Positions 18,875 to 26,894 of a DNA stretch of 38,412 nucleotides are shown piece after piece (within the stretch, counting starts at the first letter, position 1; each line of letters begins with the position of its first letter). Under the pieces are notes generated by a model. The model saw only the letters and a list, made by a program, of their open reading frames with translations, was not told where the DNA came from and did not search any database. Location of the stretch: positions 1 to 38,412 of the IMG/VR virus record IMGVR_UViG_3300045988_127166. One strand, 5' to 3'. Position numbers and translations under genes: made by a program. The stretch comes from a virus.

Positions 18875-19610
18875 CCCTTCGCTTTGCTATGGCAATAATA
18901 GCCGCTTTCCAATCCTGCACCTGTTCTTTAGAATTTGCTTTACTTGCTCCTTCCAACTCCAAATAGTCCTTAATCATGTTTTTCAGGGAATCGACTGCCT
19001 TTGACTGTGCTTTCAGAAAGTTGGCATGTTTATCCCAAGCCTGCTGAACTTCCCATGTTTCCCCTGAAACCTTACCTTCTGTGAATCCTACCTGTGTAGA
19101 AGTCATATCCATATTATCCTTCACATACATGATCTGCTGTGCCCGGATAATAGCCGCATATTGAATCTGTATTGCATCCCAAATCAGATCAAGTGGGGTT
19201 TTATCTTTCAAGGCATCCATAATATCAAGCGTATCCTTGGGGAGATACTTTGAAAAGAACCCATGCTTCACAGCATTGCTGTTTCCTTTTGGTGCACCTG
19301 CCCCCACCGCATTCTTATTGTTTAGAGGTGCACCACCTTTTTTCTTCTTGGATACACCTTTCTTTTCCTCTGACCAATGATAGCGTTTCACCCATGATTT
19401 CAGGGTGTTCAACGGTATGTTATACTTCTCAATCAGTTCTTTCTGCTTCATACCGTTCAGATAATCGGCTTTCACCTGTTCCTTATCAATTCCCGGCACG
19501 ATTATCACCGCCTTTTCGTTGTTTGTTTTGAATAATTCACTGTATAGACTGAACTCTCTGAACTTCTTTCTAAAAAATACGGTGAAGGTAGGAGTCCGGT
19601 GACCTGTCAT
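18834..19610 (-). CDS. terS: Terminase small subunit (start uncertain)
   Basis: HTH segment KQKELIEKYNIPLNTLKSWVKRYHW plus a Gly/Lys-rich linker, typical of the Firmicutes phage terS N-terminus. An internal GTG (VPGIDKEQ) behind AAGGCGGTGA is a plausible true start. Confidence 0.7.
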   Translation of the reverse strand: MTGHRTPTFTVFFRKKFREFSLYSELFKTNNEKAVIIVPGIDKEQVKADYLNGMKQKELIEKYNIPLNTLKSWVKRYHWSEEKKGVSKKKKGGAPLNNKNAVGAGAPKGNSNAVKHGFFSKYLPKDTLDIMDALKDKTPLDLIWDAIQIQYAAIIRAQQIMYVKDNMDMTSTQVGFTEGKVSGETWEVQQAWDKHANFLKAQSKAVDSLKNMIKDYLELEGASKANSKEQVQDWKAAIIAIAKRRGEEQDGNRSDQSP

Positions 19611-19642
19611 TTCACCTTATAGCACCCTTCACCGTATGAAAA

Positions 19643-19670
19643 AGCCCTCAATCCGTTAGAATCAAGGGCT
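19643..19670 (-). terminator. Weak terminator-like hairpin between the late activator and terS
   Basis: agccct / agggct 6-bp stem with a 16-nt loop, followed by TTTTT on the minus strand. Confidence 0.3.
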
Positions 19671-19689
19671 TTATTACCATATTTCAAAG

Positions 19690-19718
19690 TTATAAAAAAA
19701 TTATATATTTTTTTATAA
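19690..19718. repeat. AT-only palindrome (11-bp arms ttataaaaaaa / tttttttataa, 7-nt centre)
   Basis: Read directly from the sequence. Lies ~80 nt upstream of terS and downstream of the late activator. Confidence 0.8.
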
Positions 19719-19753
19719 TATCACTCTATCACGTTTCCTACTGTCATGACCTG

Positions 19754-20215
19754 TCAACTTTCACTCTCAGGATAAAGAATTTCTGCCAGATGCCTGATTG
19801 CCCCTTTATGGATCCGGAACACTGTTTTATCAGAAACGTGCATTTCCTGTGATATCTTGAAATATTCCATGTATCGCAGATATCTGCAGTATAGCACCCT
19901 GCGTTCTTCTAAATCCTCAAGTAAGTCTATCGTGTGCATGACATTGGCCTTAAGATCAACAAGGGAATCAATGTCCTGATTGATCTCTGCACATAGATCA
20001 ACAATCTTGGCGCAGCATTCCCCTAACTCGTCCTTACTTCCTGATGTCTGAACCCGTTCTGAATCTGTCCGCAGTCCTGTGCCGCAGGCTCTACTCCGCC
20101 AGTAATCGAGCTGTTTCTGCTTTTCGTCAATCATGTCATCTACAGACTTCACCCTGTACAGGTATCTGTATGTTTTATCTATCGGGGTATCACCCGTCTT
20201 CTTTTTCTGTATCAC
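19754..20215 (-). CDS. Sigma-70 region-4-like late gene activator (ArpU/RinA-type position)
   Basis: C-terminal HTH RRVLYCRYLRYMEYFKISQEMHVSDKTVFRIHKGAIRHLAEIL. Located immediately upstream of terS. Start moved to the GTG at 20215, behind an AAAGGAAGG RBS. Confidence 0.7.
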   Translation of the reverse strand: MIQKKKTGDTPIDKTYRYLYRVKSVDDMIDEKQKQLDYWRSRACGTGLRTDSERVQTSGSKDELGECCAKIVDLCAEINQDIDSLVDLKANVMHTIDLLEDLEERRVLYCRYLRYMEYFKISQEMHVSDKTVFRIHKGAIRHLAEILYPESES

Positions 20216-20241
20216 TTCAACCTTCCTTTCTCGGCTCACAG

Positions 20242-20420
20242 GTTACAGGTTACGGTTTATACTATTACTTATATATTTTCTATTTCATCATCGTATCGAC
20301 GATGAAATTTTGTAAAATTAAAAGAATATGACTTTAACCGTAACCTACCGTAACCGCCAGTATTTACAAGGCTTTGAACCGTAACCCGACACCGTAACTC
20401 GCCGTAACCCAAAGCGTAAC
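20242..20420. repeat. 179-bp inverted repeat, left copy (IR-L): GGTTACGG/CCGTAACC iteron array around an AT-rich core
   Basis: The reverse complement of 20242-20420 equals 36727-36905 at every base by manual comparison. Confidence 0.9.
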
Positions 20421-20463
20421 CGGAGCACGTTTTTGGTACTTAAGTACTATTTTTTATTTTTGA

Positions 20464-20476
20464 CTCACAAAGTCAT
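20464..20476 (-). promoter_or_regulatory. Distal operator-like site (atgactttgtgag)
   Basis: Shares 10 nt (atgactttgt) with operator O2 of the switch region. Lies between the last early gene and IR-L. Confidence 0.35.
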
Positions 20477-20528
20477 CCTCATTGATCACAGTGTTTGAAC
20501 CGTAACCCGGACACCTACATCACAACCA

Positions 20529-20717
20529 CTATTTGTACCTGCGCCCCGACCGTTTATGTTCAAATTCGATCCTCCCAACCACTTCAAAACCAACCATGGC
20601 TGCAGCATCTCTGATCAGGTGGATCAGACTGTGAACCTGTTTTTCTTCTCTGCTGATCTCAGCAATCGCCTTTGAAGCTGTCGGATCAGGATAACCTTCT
20701 ATGTTCTTTCCGCTCAT
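20529..20717 (-). CDS. Small conserved phage protein (EGYPDPTA motif), function unknown
   Basis: 62 aa, AAGGAAGG RBS, last ORF of the early operon. Confidence 0.6.
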   Translation of the reverse strand: MSGKNIEGYPDPTASKAIAEISREEKQVHSLIHLIRDAAAMVGFEVVGRIEFEHKRSGRRYK

Positions 20718-20745
20718 TTTTTATACCTTCCTTGAAATTAACTTT

Positions 20746-20874
20746 TCAAATATCACACCCGTCATTGTCAAAATTCATGCACCCTGATGCTGCCCTCACT
20801 GCACACAGAGCTGAGAGGAAGAGTGCACCCAAACCGCACCCCATACAAACCATACAGACCACTAAAAATTTCAT
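20746..20874 (-). CDS. Possible 42-aa hydrophobic Cys-rich peptide (not in the ORF track, <60 aa)
   Basis: My translation is MKFLVVCMVCMGCGLGALFLSALCAVRAASGCMNFDNDGCDI. GGAAGAG lies ~7 nt upstream. It fills the primase-to-next-gene gap on the coding strand. Confidence 0.35.
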   Translation of the reverse strand: MKFLVVCMVCMGCGLGALFLSALCAVRAASGCMNFDNDGCDI

Positions 20875-20891
20875 TCTTACACTCTTCCTTT

Positions 20892-22772
20892 CTAAGCCCT
20901 AACGAAGATCCTTGTGGGCTTTCCGTTGATTTTTTTTACAATTACCTCTGTATTTAACCGTTTGTTCAACTGCTTACTGAACACGATATTGGACATCGGC
21001 TGCATAGCATTTTCCTGACAAAATACCAAATACATCCGGTATACGTCGGAAGTAGCCTCATTGATGATATAGCTTTCATCATATTCTGCCAGAAATGCTA
21101 TGATGGGGTTGTTCTCTTCTTCATAGTCCTTCACCTGCTTGTCAACCTTCTCTGACTTTGTGAAGCACTGGTTGGTAAGGACTCTTTTCAGTCCCTGTAT
21201 TCCCAGTGCAATCAGATATTCCAGTGATTCCTGACTGATCAGCTTATACTTGATAAAAGGATCATAGTCCGGCGCATCCTTGCTGAACTGTGCGTTGAAC
21301 GGAATGATTACCAATCTTCTGAGTACGGCTCCGGTCTTGTCCCTCATTCTGGGGATGTCATTGGCAGAGAACAGCAGTTTGATATAGGGGTTAAACTCAA
21401 AGGGATCCTGTCCTTTTCGCTCTGCCTTGATCCGGTTGCCCGTGACCACCTTCTTGAACATGGCCACCTGCGCACCCTGCAGGAAGTCGTCCCCGATATC
21501 ATCACCGATGTTGGCCAGTTTTCCAAACATCATGGAAGTGCTGAATCTGTCCCCGAGCTCTTTCAGATCAAGCGCTGATGTATTGATGTCCCCAAGCACA
21601 GCCTTGATGCAGTCAAGGAAGGTACTTTTACCGTTTGCTTTATCACCAGTCAGTACAAACGCCTTTCCCAGTTCATTCCTCCGATAGAAGCAATAACCAA
21701 TACACTCTTCCAGTAGCAGCCGGATCGCCGGATCATTACAAGCCAGCTTATTTAGAGTTTTATCTGCCAGTTCTGAATAAGCTGCTGGATTATAGTCCCA
21801 TGGTATTTTATTGGTCACCACAATATCCGGAGAAAAGGGGAGCATCTGGTCTTCTGCCACATCATAAATTCCATTCCTGAATGCTATGTACCGGGCATCT
21901 GCCGGGGTGACCGCCTCACAGACAAGGTTCAGATATTTCAGAACCTCTTTTCTCTTGGCATCTGACAGGTTTGGAATGTGGTGAATCATGGCTGCCTCAA
22001 TGTCCCGGTAACCGTTCTGGTACACGCCATCCTTATAGATATGCAGGTTCCCATTGATGGTAACAATATGCTGCGTGTTCTTCATATAATTGGCAAATTT
22101 ATCGAACAGGAACTGCGCCCCATTGAAGAATATGGGCTTCTTGAAAGCGTCATCTCGCAGGATCACTTCCAGTTCTTCATCTGACAACGGCTCCGGCAAC
22201 ACCCATTTATTAATGATCCGGATTGTCTCTCTCGTTTCCTCAACCGTGAAGTCATTACTCTGCAGTGTCAGGATATAATTGAACAGCTCCTGATTCCTGC
22301 CGTCCCCGGCCTGCATGGTGAGGAAGGGCATTTCATGTTTTACCGGGAAAAACCACTTAGGGACTTCCTGATATTCTTCCCCTTCGTCAATGTCCCACTC
22401 AACGAAACGCTCCTGCCCCTTTACTTTCAGAACCTCGTAGGTATCCTTAAATCCAACCTTAATATCAGCAGTCAGACCAATCGCCAGTGAACAGTGTGTC
22501 CTGCAGCCCTGCACCTGTGAATTTTTGAATATGAAGTGCTTTCCTCTGCTCGTACAGATCACCTTACACCGCAACTGCAGGTCTTCAACAATGTTCATCA
22601 TAAGTTCAGCCTGTTCCGTATCGTCAATGTCAATAAACATCGTATCTGTGGCAAGGATCCCGGCAAACTCAGGAAGGTTTTTCACCTGTTCATAGGTCTT
22701 GAAGTCTGTTCTACCTTTGAACTTCTCTATACATTTCTTATCTTTCGTTTCTACATAACCTTTATATAGCAC
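20892..22772 (-). CDS. Primase-helicase (prim-pol-like N-terminus plus D5/P4-type SF3 helicase)
   Basis: Walker A VLTGDKANGKST, Walker B-like LANIGDD, C-terminal winged-helix-like tail. GTG start behind a GGAAGG RBS. Confidence 0.85.
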   Translation of the reverse strand: MLYKGYVETKDKKCIEKFKGRTDFKTYEQVKNLPEFAGILATDTMFIDIDDTEQAELMMNIVEDLQLRCKVICTSRGKHFIFKNSQVQGCRTHCSLAIGLTADIKVGFKDTYEVLKVKGQERFVEWDIDEGEEYQEVPKWFFPVKHEMPFLTMQAGDGRNQELFNYILTLQSNDFTVEETRETIRIINKWVLPEPLSDEELEVILRDDAFKKPIFFNGAQFLFDKFANYMKNTQHIVTINGNLHIYKDGVYQNGYRDIEAAMIHHIPNLSDAKRKEVLKYLNLVCEAVTPADARYIAFRNGIYDVAEDQMLPFSPDIVVTNKIPWDYNPAAYSELADKTLNKLACNDPAIRLLLEECIGYCFYRRNELGKAFVLTGDKANGKSTFLDCIKAVLGDINTSALDLKELGDRFSTSMMFGKLANIGDDIGDDFLQGAQVAMFKKVVTGNRIKAERKGQDPFEFNPYIKLLFSANDIPRMRDKTGAVLRRLVIIPFNAQFSKDAPDYDPFIKYKLISQESLEYLIALGIQGLKRVLTNQCFTKSEKVDKQVKDYEEENNPIIAFLAEYDESYIINEATSDVYRMYLVFCQENAMQPMSNIVFSKQLNKRLNTEVIVKKINGKPTRIFVRA

Positions 22773-22777
22773 CGTTC

Positions 22778-22948
22778 TTACCTTCCTTTTCTGACACAGC
22801 CACTATGAATGAACAGGTGTGTCTTTCTCCGAGTTTTGACATATTCAACGTCAGGAAAATCAGACGCATAGATCTGCCTGTCACATATCGGACAGTAAAC
22901 CTTCCCACCCATCGCATTAAACTTGTATCTCGCTGTTATCTTATCCAT
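22778..22948 (-). CDS. 56-aa zinc-ribbon protein (not in the ORF track)
   Basis: My translation is MDKITARYKFNAMGGKVYCPICDRQIYASDFPDVEYVKTRRKTHLFIHSGCVRKGR. GAGGTG RBS. It fills the polB-primase gap. CPxC...HSGC motif. Confidence 0.55.
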   Translation of the reverse strand: MDKITARYKFNAMGGKVYCPICDRQIYASDFPDVEYVKTRRKTHLFIHSGCVRKGR

Positions 22949-22967
22949 GTCTTCACCTCGCCCCTTC

Positions 22968-24809
22968 TTACACTAAAATCCCGAAATCCTTTAAACGCTT
23001 CTTGGCAAGGTTGATATACCACGCCTTATCTAAGTTTTCCGGGACACCCACGCCCACTACAGAATCATTGAAGATAAAGCAGTGATCCGGTGTATCCGCA
23101 AACTTTTCCGGTTTTCCACGCTTACCCCCACACTTTAAAATCCTGCCGTCGTCTGGATCATTGGATGCAAACACCCGATACGACTTGTAAAAATACTGTC
23201 TGGCGGCGGTATATTCATACCATTGCTTGATCTTCCGGACACCGGATTGCTTCAAGACTCTTCCACCATGTTCGTGCTGCACCCACTTATAATTTTCAGA
23301 TAGCTTTACCACTTTCTGGAATTTGATCAGTTCCGTACACTTTCTAATGGTCACTTCAACCGGGGTCTTATGTACCATATATTCAACCAACGCCTCATTC
23401 ACTATGGGAAGGTCATTATCAATCGGGGACAGTTCTTTCACATACGCCCCTTTGCGTTCAACCTTTCCTTCTGCATCTATCCAGAGGTAATTGTTCACAT
23501 CCTTCTGGTAAATCTCAGCGATAGTATCAAGCCCGAGAGTAATATTGCACTTCTCTGTAGAACAACGCTGTTCCCACTCCCAACAGATATCATCAACCGT
23601 GTCAAAGGCTTCATCCGTGTCCGGAATCCGGATAATAAGACCATCCGTGTTGCTCTGCAGCAGTTCAAATCCCGGTACTGCCTCCAAGTGTTCAATCAGG
23701 TCAATAAGCATGAGTTGACCGTTGATACACATACAGTTATTATTACGGGGATCGTATGCCGGGTTGAGAGGATCCTTCATAGCTCCGGAAAGTGCATTCA
23801 GCAGCTTTTTATAGGGAGCCTGCTCCTTCTTTTTTCCTTGGGCTTTCAGTGCCATTCTCGTATTATACACAAGATGGTAGTTATCATTTCTGGCTGCTCT
23901 TGTAACCAGATCCCATGCGATCAGCATTGACGGGTAATAAGACCCTACATCGACATGGAGAATTAACCCGGTAGCATGGATGGGCTTTTCCGTAGCCCCG
24001 TGCACACCACCGAACCCAAATACGTGAGGGATCCCGGCCACCATCATCTTAAGTGATTCTTTTTTGTAAAATTCTTCTTTCAGCCAGTAATCATTTCCCC
24101 GGTGTGCTGCCAGCTTCTGCTTGATTTCTGTACGCTTCTGCTCAAACCACCTCATCACACCACTGTACTTTTTTAACCGGATACAGGGGAGAAAGAAGTA
24201 ATCAAATTCATCGTTGAAATCCGTCCTCACGCACCCAAGCACCTGCGCTGTGATACGTGCCTCCGTGTATCCGATCATCTTCAAAGGAAGAGAGAACGCC
24301 CTCACAACCCCGATCTGTGCCTCGAACTCCGCTTTTCTCTGAATGAACACTTCAATCGTCTGCTCCACATCGTGACGGCAGTAAAAAACAGTCTGCTGGA
24401 TCTCCTTTTCTGTCAGTTTTCGATCAATGTTAAAAGGAATCTCTGTCTCTTTGATATTAGAACCAAGGAACCCTTCCAGTGTTTTCAGACCTTTGGGTGG
24501 GTTCGGCATCACATCATAGTTATTTAATTGAACTTCGTTCAATAATCGGCTGAACTGCCACGGCTCACGTCTGTCAACAATGATCCAGTCATTCAGTTCT
24601 TTTGGATTCAGTCCACAAAGAATTGCTTTCAGAATATATTGGTCATAGTGACGACTGTTGTAACCTACCCATATGTCGTGCCTATTTGCCTCATATAAGG
24701 CTTCTAACTCTTCCGGGCTATTAATTATCACGTGTTCCTGTCTGTTGGTCACATCAATGACCACAACAAGCCAATCCTCCTTGAAAACCTCAAAGTCATA
24801 AAACAGCAC
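22968..24809 (-). CDS. Family B DNA polymerase with 3'-5' exonuclease domain
   Basis: ExoI YDFEV, ExoII YNSRHYD, ExoIII YCRHD, motif A DVGSYYPSM, motif B KKLLNALSGA, motif C-like SNTDGL. GTG start. Confidence 0.8.
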   Translation of the reverse strand: MLFYDFEVFKEDWLVVVIDVTNRQEHVIINSPEELEALYEANRHDIWVGYNSRHYDQYILKAILCGLNPKELNDWIIVDRREPWQFSRLLNEVQLNNYDVMPNPPKGLKTLEGFLGSNIKETEIPFNIDRKLTEKEIQQTVFYCRHDVEQTIEVFIQRKAEFEAQIGVVRAFSLPLKMIGYTEARITAQVLGCVRTDFNDEFDYFFLPCIRLKKYSGVMRWFEQKRTEIKQKLAAHRGNDYWLKEEFYKKESLKMMVAGIPHVFGFGGVHGATEKPIHATGLILHVDVGSYYPSMLIAWDLVTRAARNDNYHLVYNTRMALKAQGKKKEQAPYKKLLNALSGAMKDPLNPAYDPRNNNCMCINGQLMLIDLIEHLEAVPGFELLQSNTDGLIIRIPDTDEAFDTVDDICWEWEQRCSTEKCNITLGLDTIAEIYQKDVNNYLWIDAEGKVERKGAYVKELSPIDNDLPIVNEALVEYMVHKTPVEVTIRKCTELIKFQKVVKLSENYKWVQHEHGGRVLKQSGVRKIKQWYEYTAARQYFYKSYRVFASNDPDDGRILKCGGKRGKPEKFADTPDHCFIFNDSVVGVGVPENLDKAWYINLAKKRLKDFGILV

Positions 24810-24833
24810 TGCTCCTGTTCTCCTTCCCTTTCT

Positions 24834-24858
24834 GGTACAGGGCTATTCACCCTGTACC
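24834..24858. other. Perfect 9-bp stem hairpin (ggtacaggg-7 nt-ccctgtacc) in the DUF669-polB intergenic region
   Basis: Read directly from the sequence. No adjacent T-run on the coding (minus) strand. Confidence 0.7.
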
Positions 24859-24900
24859 ATCATTTTAGTTAAGTTTATTTAACTCTACAAGTAAAAATAA

Positions 24901-25347
24901 TTAAAGATCATAGACTTCCTTGATGCTGATGCTGTTGAAAGTATCGGCATCGTAGTCGATTTCCAACTCTACCTTACCCTGAATCTCTTCATAAATATCA
25001 AGCACATTGTCCACGAAAGCATTGTATCCTGCAAATTCCGGAAGGGTATTAGTTGCAAACTTCTCAAGCAAAGTAAGCACGGACTGAATCATGGCACCGT
25101 CATTTTTCGTACCATAGATCACACGGTTCATAAACAGGTTACGATTCTTGAACTCACCTTCCTTGATCTTGCATTGCATTTTGAACATAGGTCTGTGGTC
25201 TTTGGTTTCACCGACCTCCATCTTTTCAACACTTACGATATAAGTACCCTTCGGGACATCAGAAAAGTTGTTCTTAGAATCCTCCACATCTTTCTGTAAA
25301 CCCTGTAGATCCACCGCTTCATCAATCTTACTGAAATCTACTGCCAT
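24901..25347 (-). CDS. DUF669-family phage protein (ssDNA-binding-like)
   Basis: ...DVPKGTYIVSVEKMEVGETKDHRPMFKMQCKIKEGEFKNRNLF is the DUF669 pattern. Pairs with the upstream AAA_24-type ATPase. ATG behind AAAGGTGA. Confidence 0.7.
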   Translation of the reverse strand: MAVDFSKIDEAVDLQGLQKDVEDSKNNFSDVPKGTYIVSVEKMEVGETKDHRPMFKMQCKIKEGEFKNRNLFMNRVIYGTKNDGAMIQSVLTLLEKFATNTLPEFAGYNAFVDNVLDIYEEIQGKVELEIDYDADTFNSISIKEVYDL

Positions 25348-25396
25348 AATTTTCACCTTTTTAACCTTTCAATATGTTAATAATAAAATACCTTTG

Positions 25397-26722
25397 TTAT
25401 CCTCTCACCCTTCTCGGTCTTCCGGTAGGTGTGGGTGCGCTTTCTTTATGCTCCGGCGCTACTTCCGGCGCTGATTCCGCTGTTCTGTCTTTACGTCTTC
25501 TCACCTTTACGGGTTCTTCCGGTGGATTCATTGTATCAGCAGCCGGATCAGGTTCCGGGTTTCCTGCCTGTGCCAGTCTCTTAACGCCTGCACCAAACTC
25601 TTCCTTGCTGATTACCTTCATGACCTCAACACCATCAACAATCAGATCGACAGTATCACCTTTGTGCTTCATGATATAATTATCCTCACCCGGCACATAA
25701 AAATAGGTATCAGCGTCCAGCGTCACAGATTCAGAATTTACATTTTCTTCCTGCCTGTCTGCACTCTGCGCTGCTTTTCTTTCTCCCCTCGTTCTTCTGG
25801 GTGGTGTTTCCAACTCCGGCTTGGATACAGAGTCTACAGCCTCACTTGCCTCATCAAAAGGTACTTCATCCCGGTCACCGGCAGCCTTGTCGATTGCCTC
25901 ATTGACCTTATTCTGGTAATCAGCCATCTTTTCATTGTTTTCCTGTACTACTTCATCATGGGTCTTACGGGTTCTTGGTACCTTGGTCGCTTCCTCTGCA
26001 GCCTTTTTTCCACCTCTCGCTCTTCTTCCGTTGGCATCTGGCTTTTCCAGATCCGAAGCGACCGCACTGTCGGCCTGACTCATTTCTGCATCTGACTTAT
26101 ATTCTCCGATCTCGTAAAAGTTCCGGATCTTGTCTGCCACATAATTCAGATCATTGTCAATGGCATAAGTCGGGAACATCCCAAGTGGAGATTTCACAGT
26201 ATCCTTTCCACTGTTCTGAGTAAAGAAATAATATTTTCCTTCATTTACACCTGTCCTGAGTACTACCGTAAACAGTCCTTCAATGGTGATCTTCTCACGT
26301 AACAGCTTGCCAATCAGCTTCACAGTAGTTAGCCCATTATCCAACGTTTCAAGATGGGTCATATAGGCGACAATCACATCATCGGGTAAGTCTTTACATA
26401 CTTCGATGATTTCAAAATAGTTTGCACCAAAATCATTGTACTTGTCCCATCCAGATTCTTTGATACGATTCATATAAGGTACTGCAAGAATGTACTGGAA
26501 ATCATCCACCACAATCAGCTTTTTCCCTGACGCTACCTGTGCCTTCATATAACGGGTAATCTTACTCGCATCTGTCACATTGTTCAGCATTTCAAAATGA
26601 CTTCTGAACGGTAATGGTTTACCGACCGGATTTACAACTGCTGTTGTCGCAGGGTCGCAGTTTCTCAGGCTGGTACTTTTTCCTGTACCAGATTCACCCA
26701 TAATTAAAAGCATTTGTGCCAT
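25397..26722 (-). CDS. AAA_24/RecA-like ATPase with a long C-terminal extension
   Basis: MAQMLLIMGESGTGKSTS Walker A, VVDDF Walker B. The last ~200 aa are charged and Pro-rich with one short globular stretch. Start at the ATG behind AAGGGGGA. Confidence 0.75.
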   Translation of the reverse strand: MAQMLLIMGESGTGKSTSLRNCDPATTAVVNPVGKPLPFRSHFEMLNNVTDASKITRYMKAQVASGKKLIVVDDFQYILAVPYMNRIKESGWDKYNDFGANYFEIIEVCKDLPDDVIVAYMTHLETLDNGLTTVKLIGKLLREKITIEGLFTVVLRTGVNEGKYYFFTQNSGKDTVKSPLGMFPTYAIDNDLNYVADKIRNFYEIGEYKSDAEMSQADSAVASDLEKPDANGRRARGGKKAAEEATKVPRTRKTHDEVVQENNEKMADYQNKVNEAIDKAAGDRDEVPFDEASEAVDSVSKPELETPPRRTRGERKAAQSADRQEENVNSESVTLDADTYFYVPGEDNYIMKHKGDTVDLIVDGVEVMKVISKEEFGAGVKRLAQAGNPEPDPAADTMNPPEEPVKVRRRKDRTAESAPEVAPEHKESAPTPTGRPRRVRG

Positions 26723-26723
26723 T

Positions 26724-26894
26724 TTACTTATCCCCCTTCTTCTGTCTTCTGAACATCCCAAGGAATGTTTCAGCTAAAGATTTCTTTACCTTACCACTTG
26801 TCTTGATTGCCGCTTTTCTGTGAAAACCTGCAAAATCAGGTTTATTGTGGTATGAATAGCAGCTTCTTTCTCTGTGCTTCTGCGCTGTTGCCAT
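26724..26894 (-). CDS. Possible 56-aa basic protein (not in the ORF track)
   Basis: My translation is MATAQKHRERSCYSYHNKPDFAGFHRKAAIKTSGKVKKSLAETFLGMFRRQKKGDK. TAATG coupling to the HD gene. Its stop lies 1 nt before the next ATG. Confidence 0.4.
   Translation of the reverse strand: MATAQKHRERSCYSYHNKPDFAGFHRKAAIKTSGKVKKSLAETFLGMFRRQKKGDK

Noticed and set aside
19541-19570. ctgaact repeated twice inside the 5' end of the terS ORF, resembling the att-proximal ACTGAAC motif
   Set aside because: A 7-mer is expected several times by chance in 38 kb on two strands, and there is no extended similarity to the att-arm copies. I did not call it a site.
20672-20902. 76-aa plus-strand ORF in the primase-downstream gap
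   Set aside because: It is on the wrong strand for the operon and has no RBS. The minus strand offers a short ORF with better context, and even that is only tentative.
22805-23014. 69-aa plus-strand ORF between the primase and polymerase genes
   Set aside because: The minus strand here encodes a zinc-ribbon ORF with a GAGGTG RBS that fits the operon. The plus-strand ORF runs into the polymerase gene antisense.
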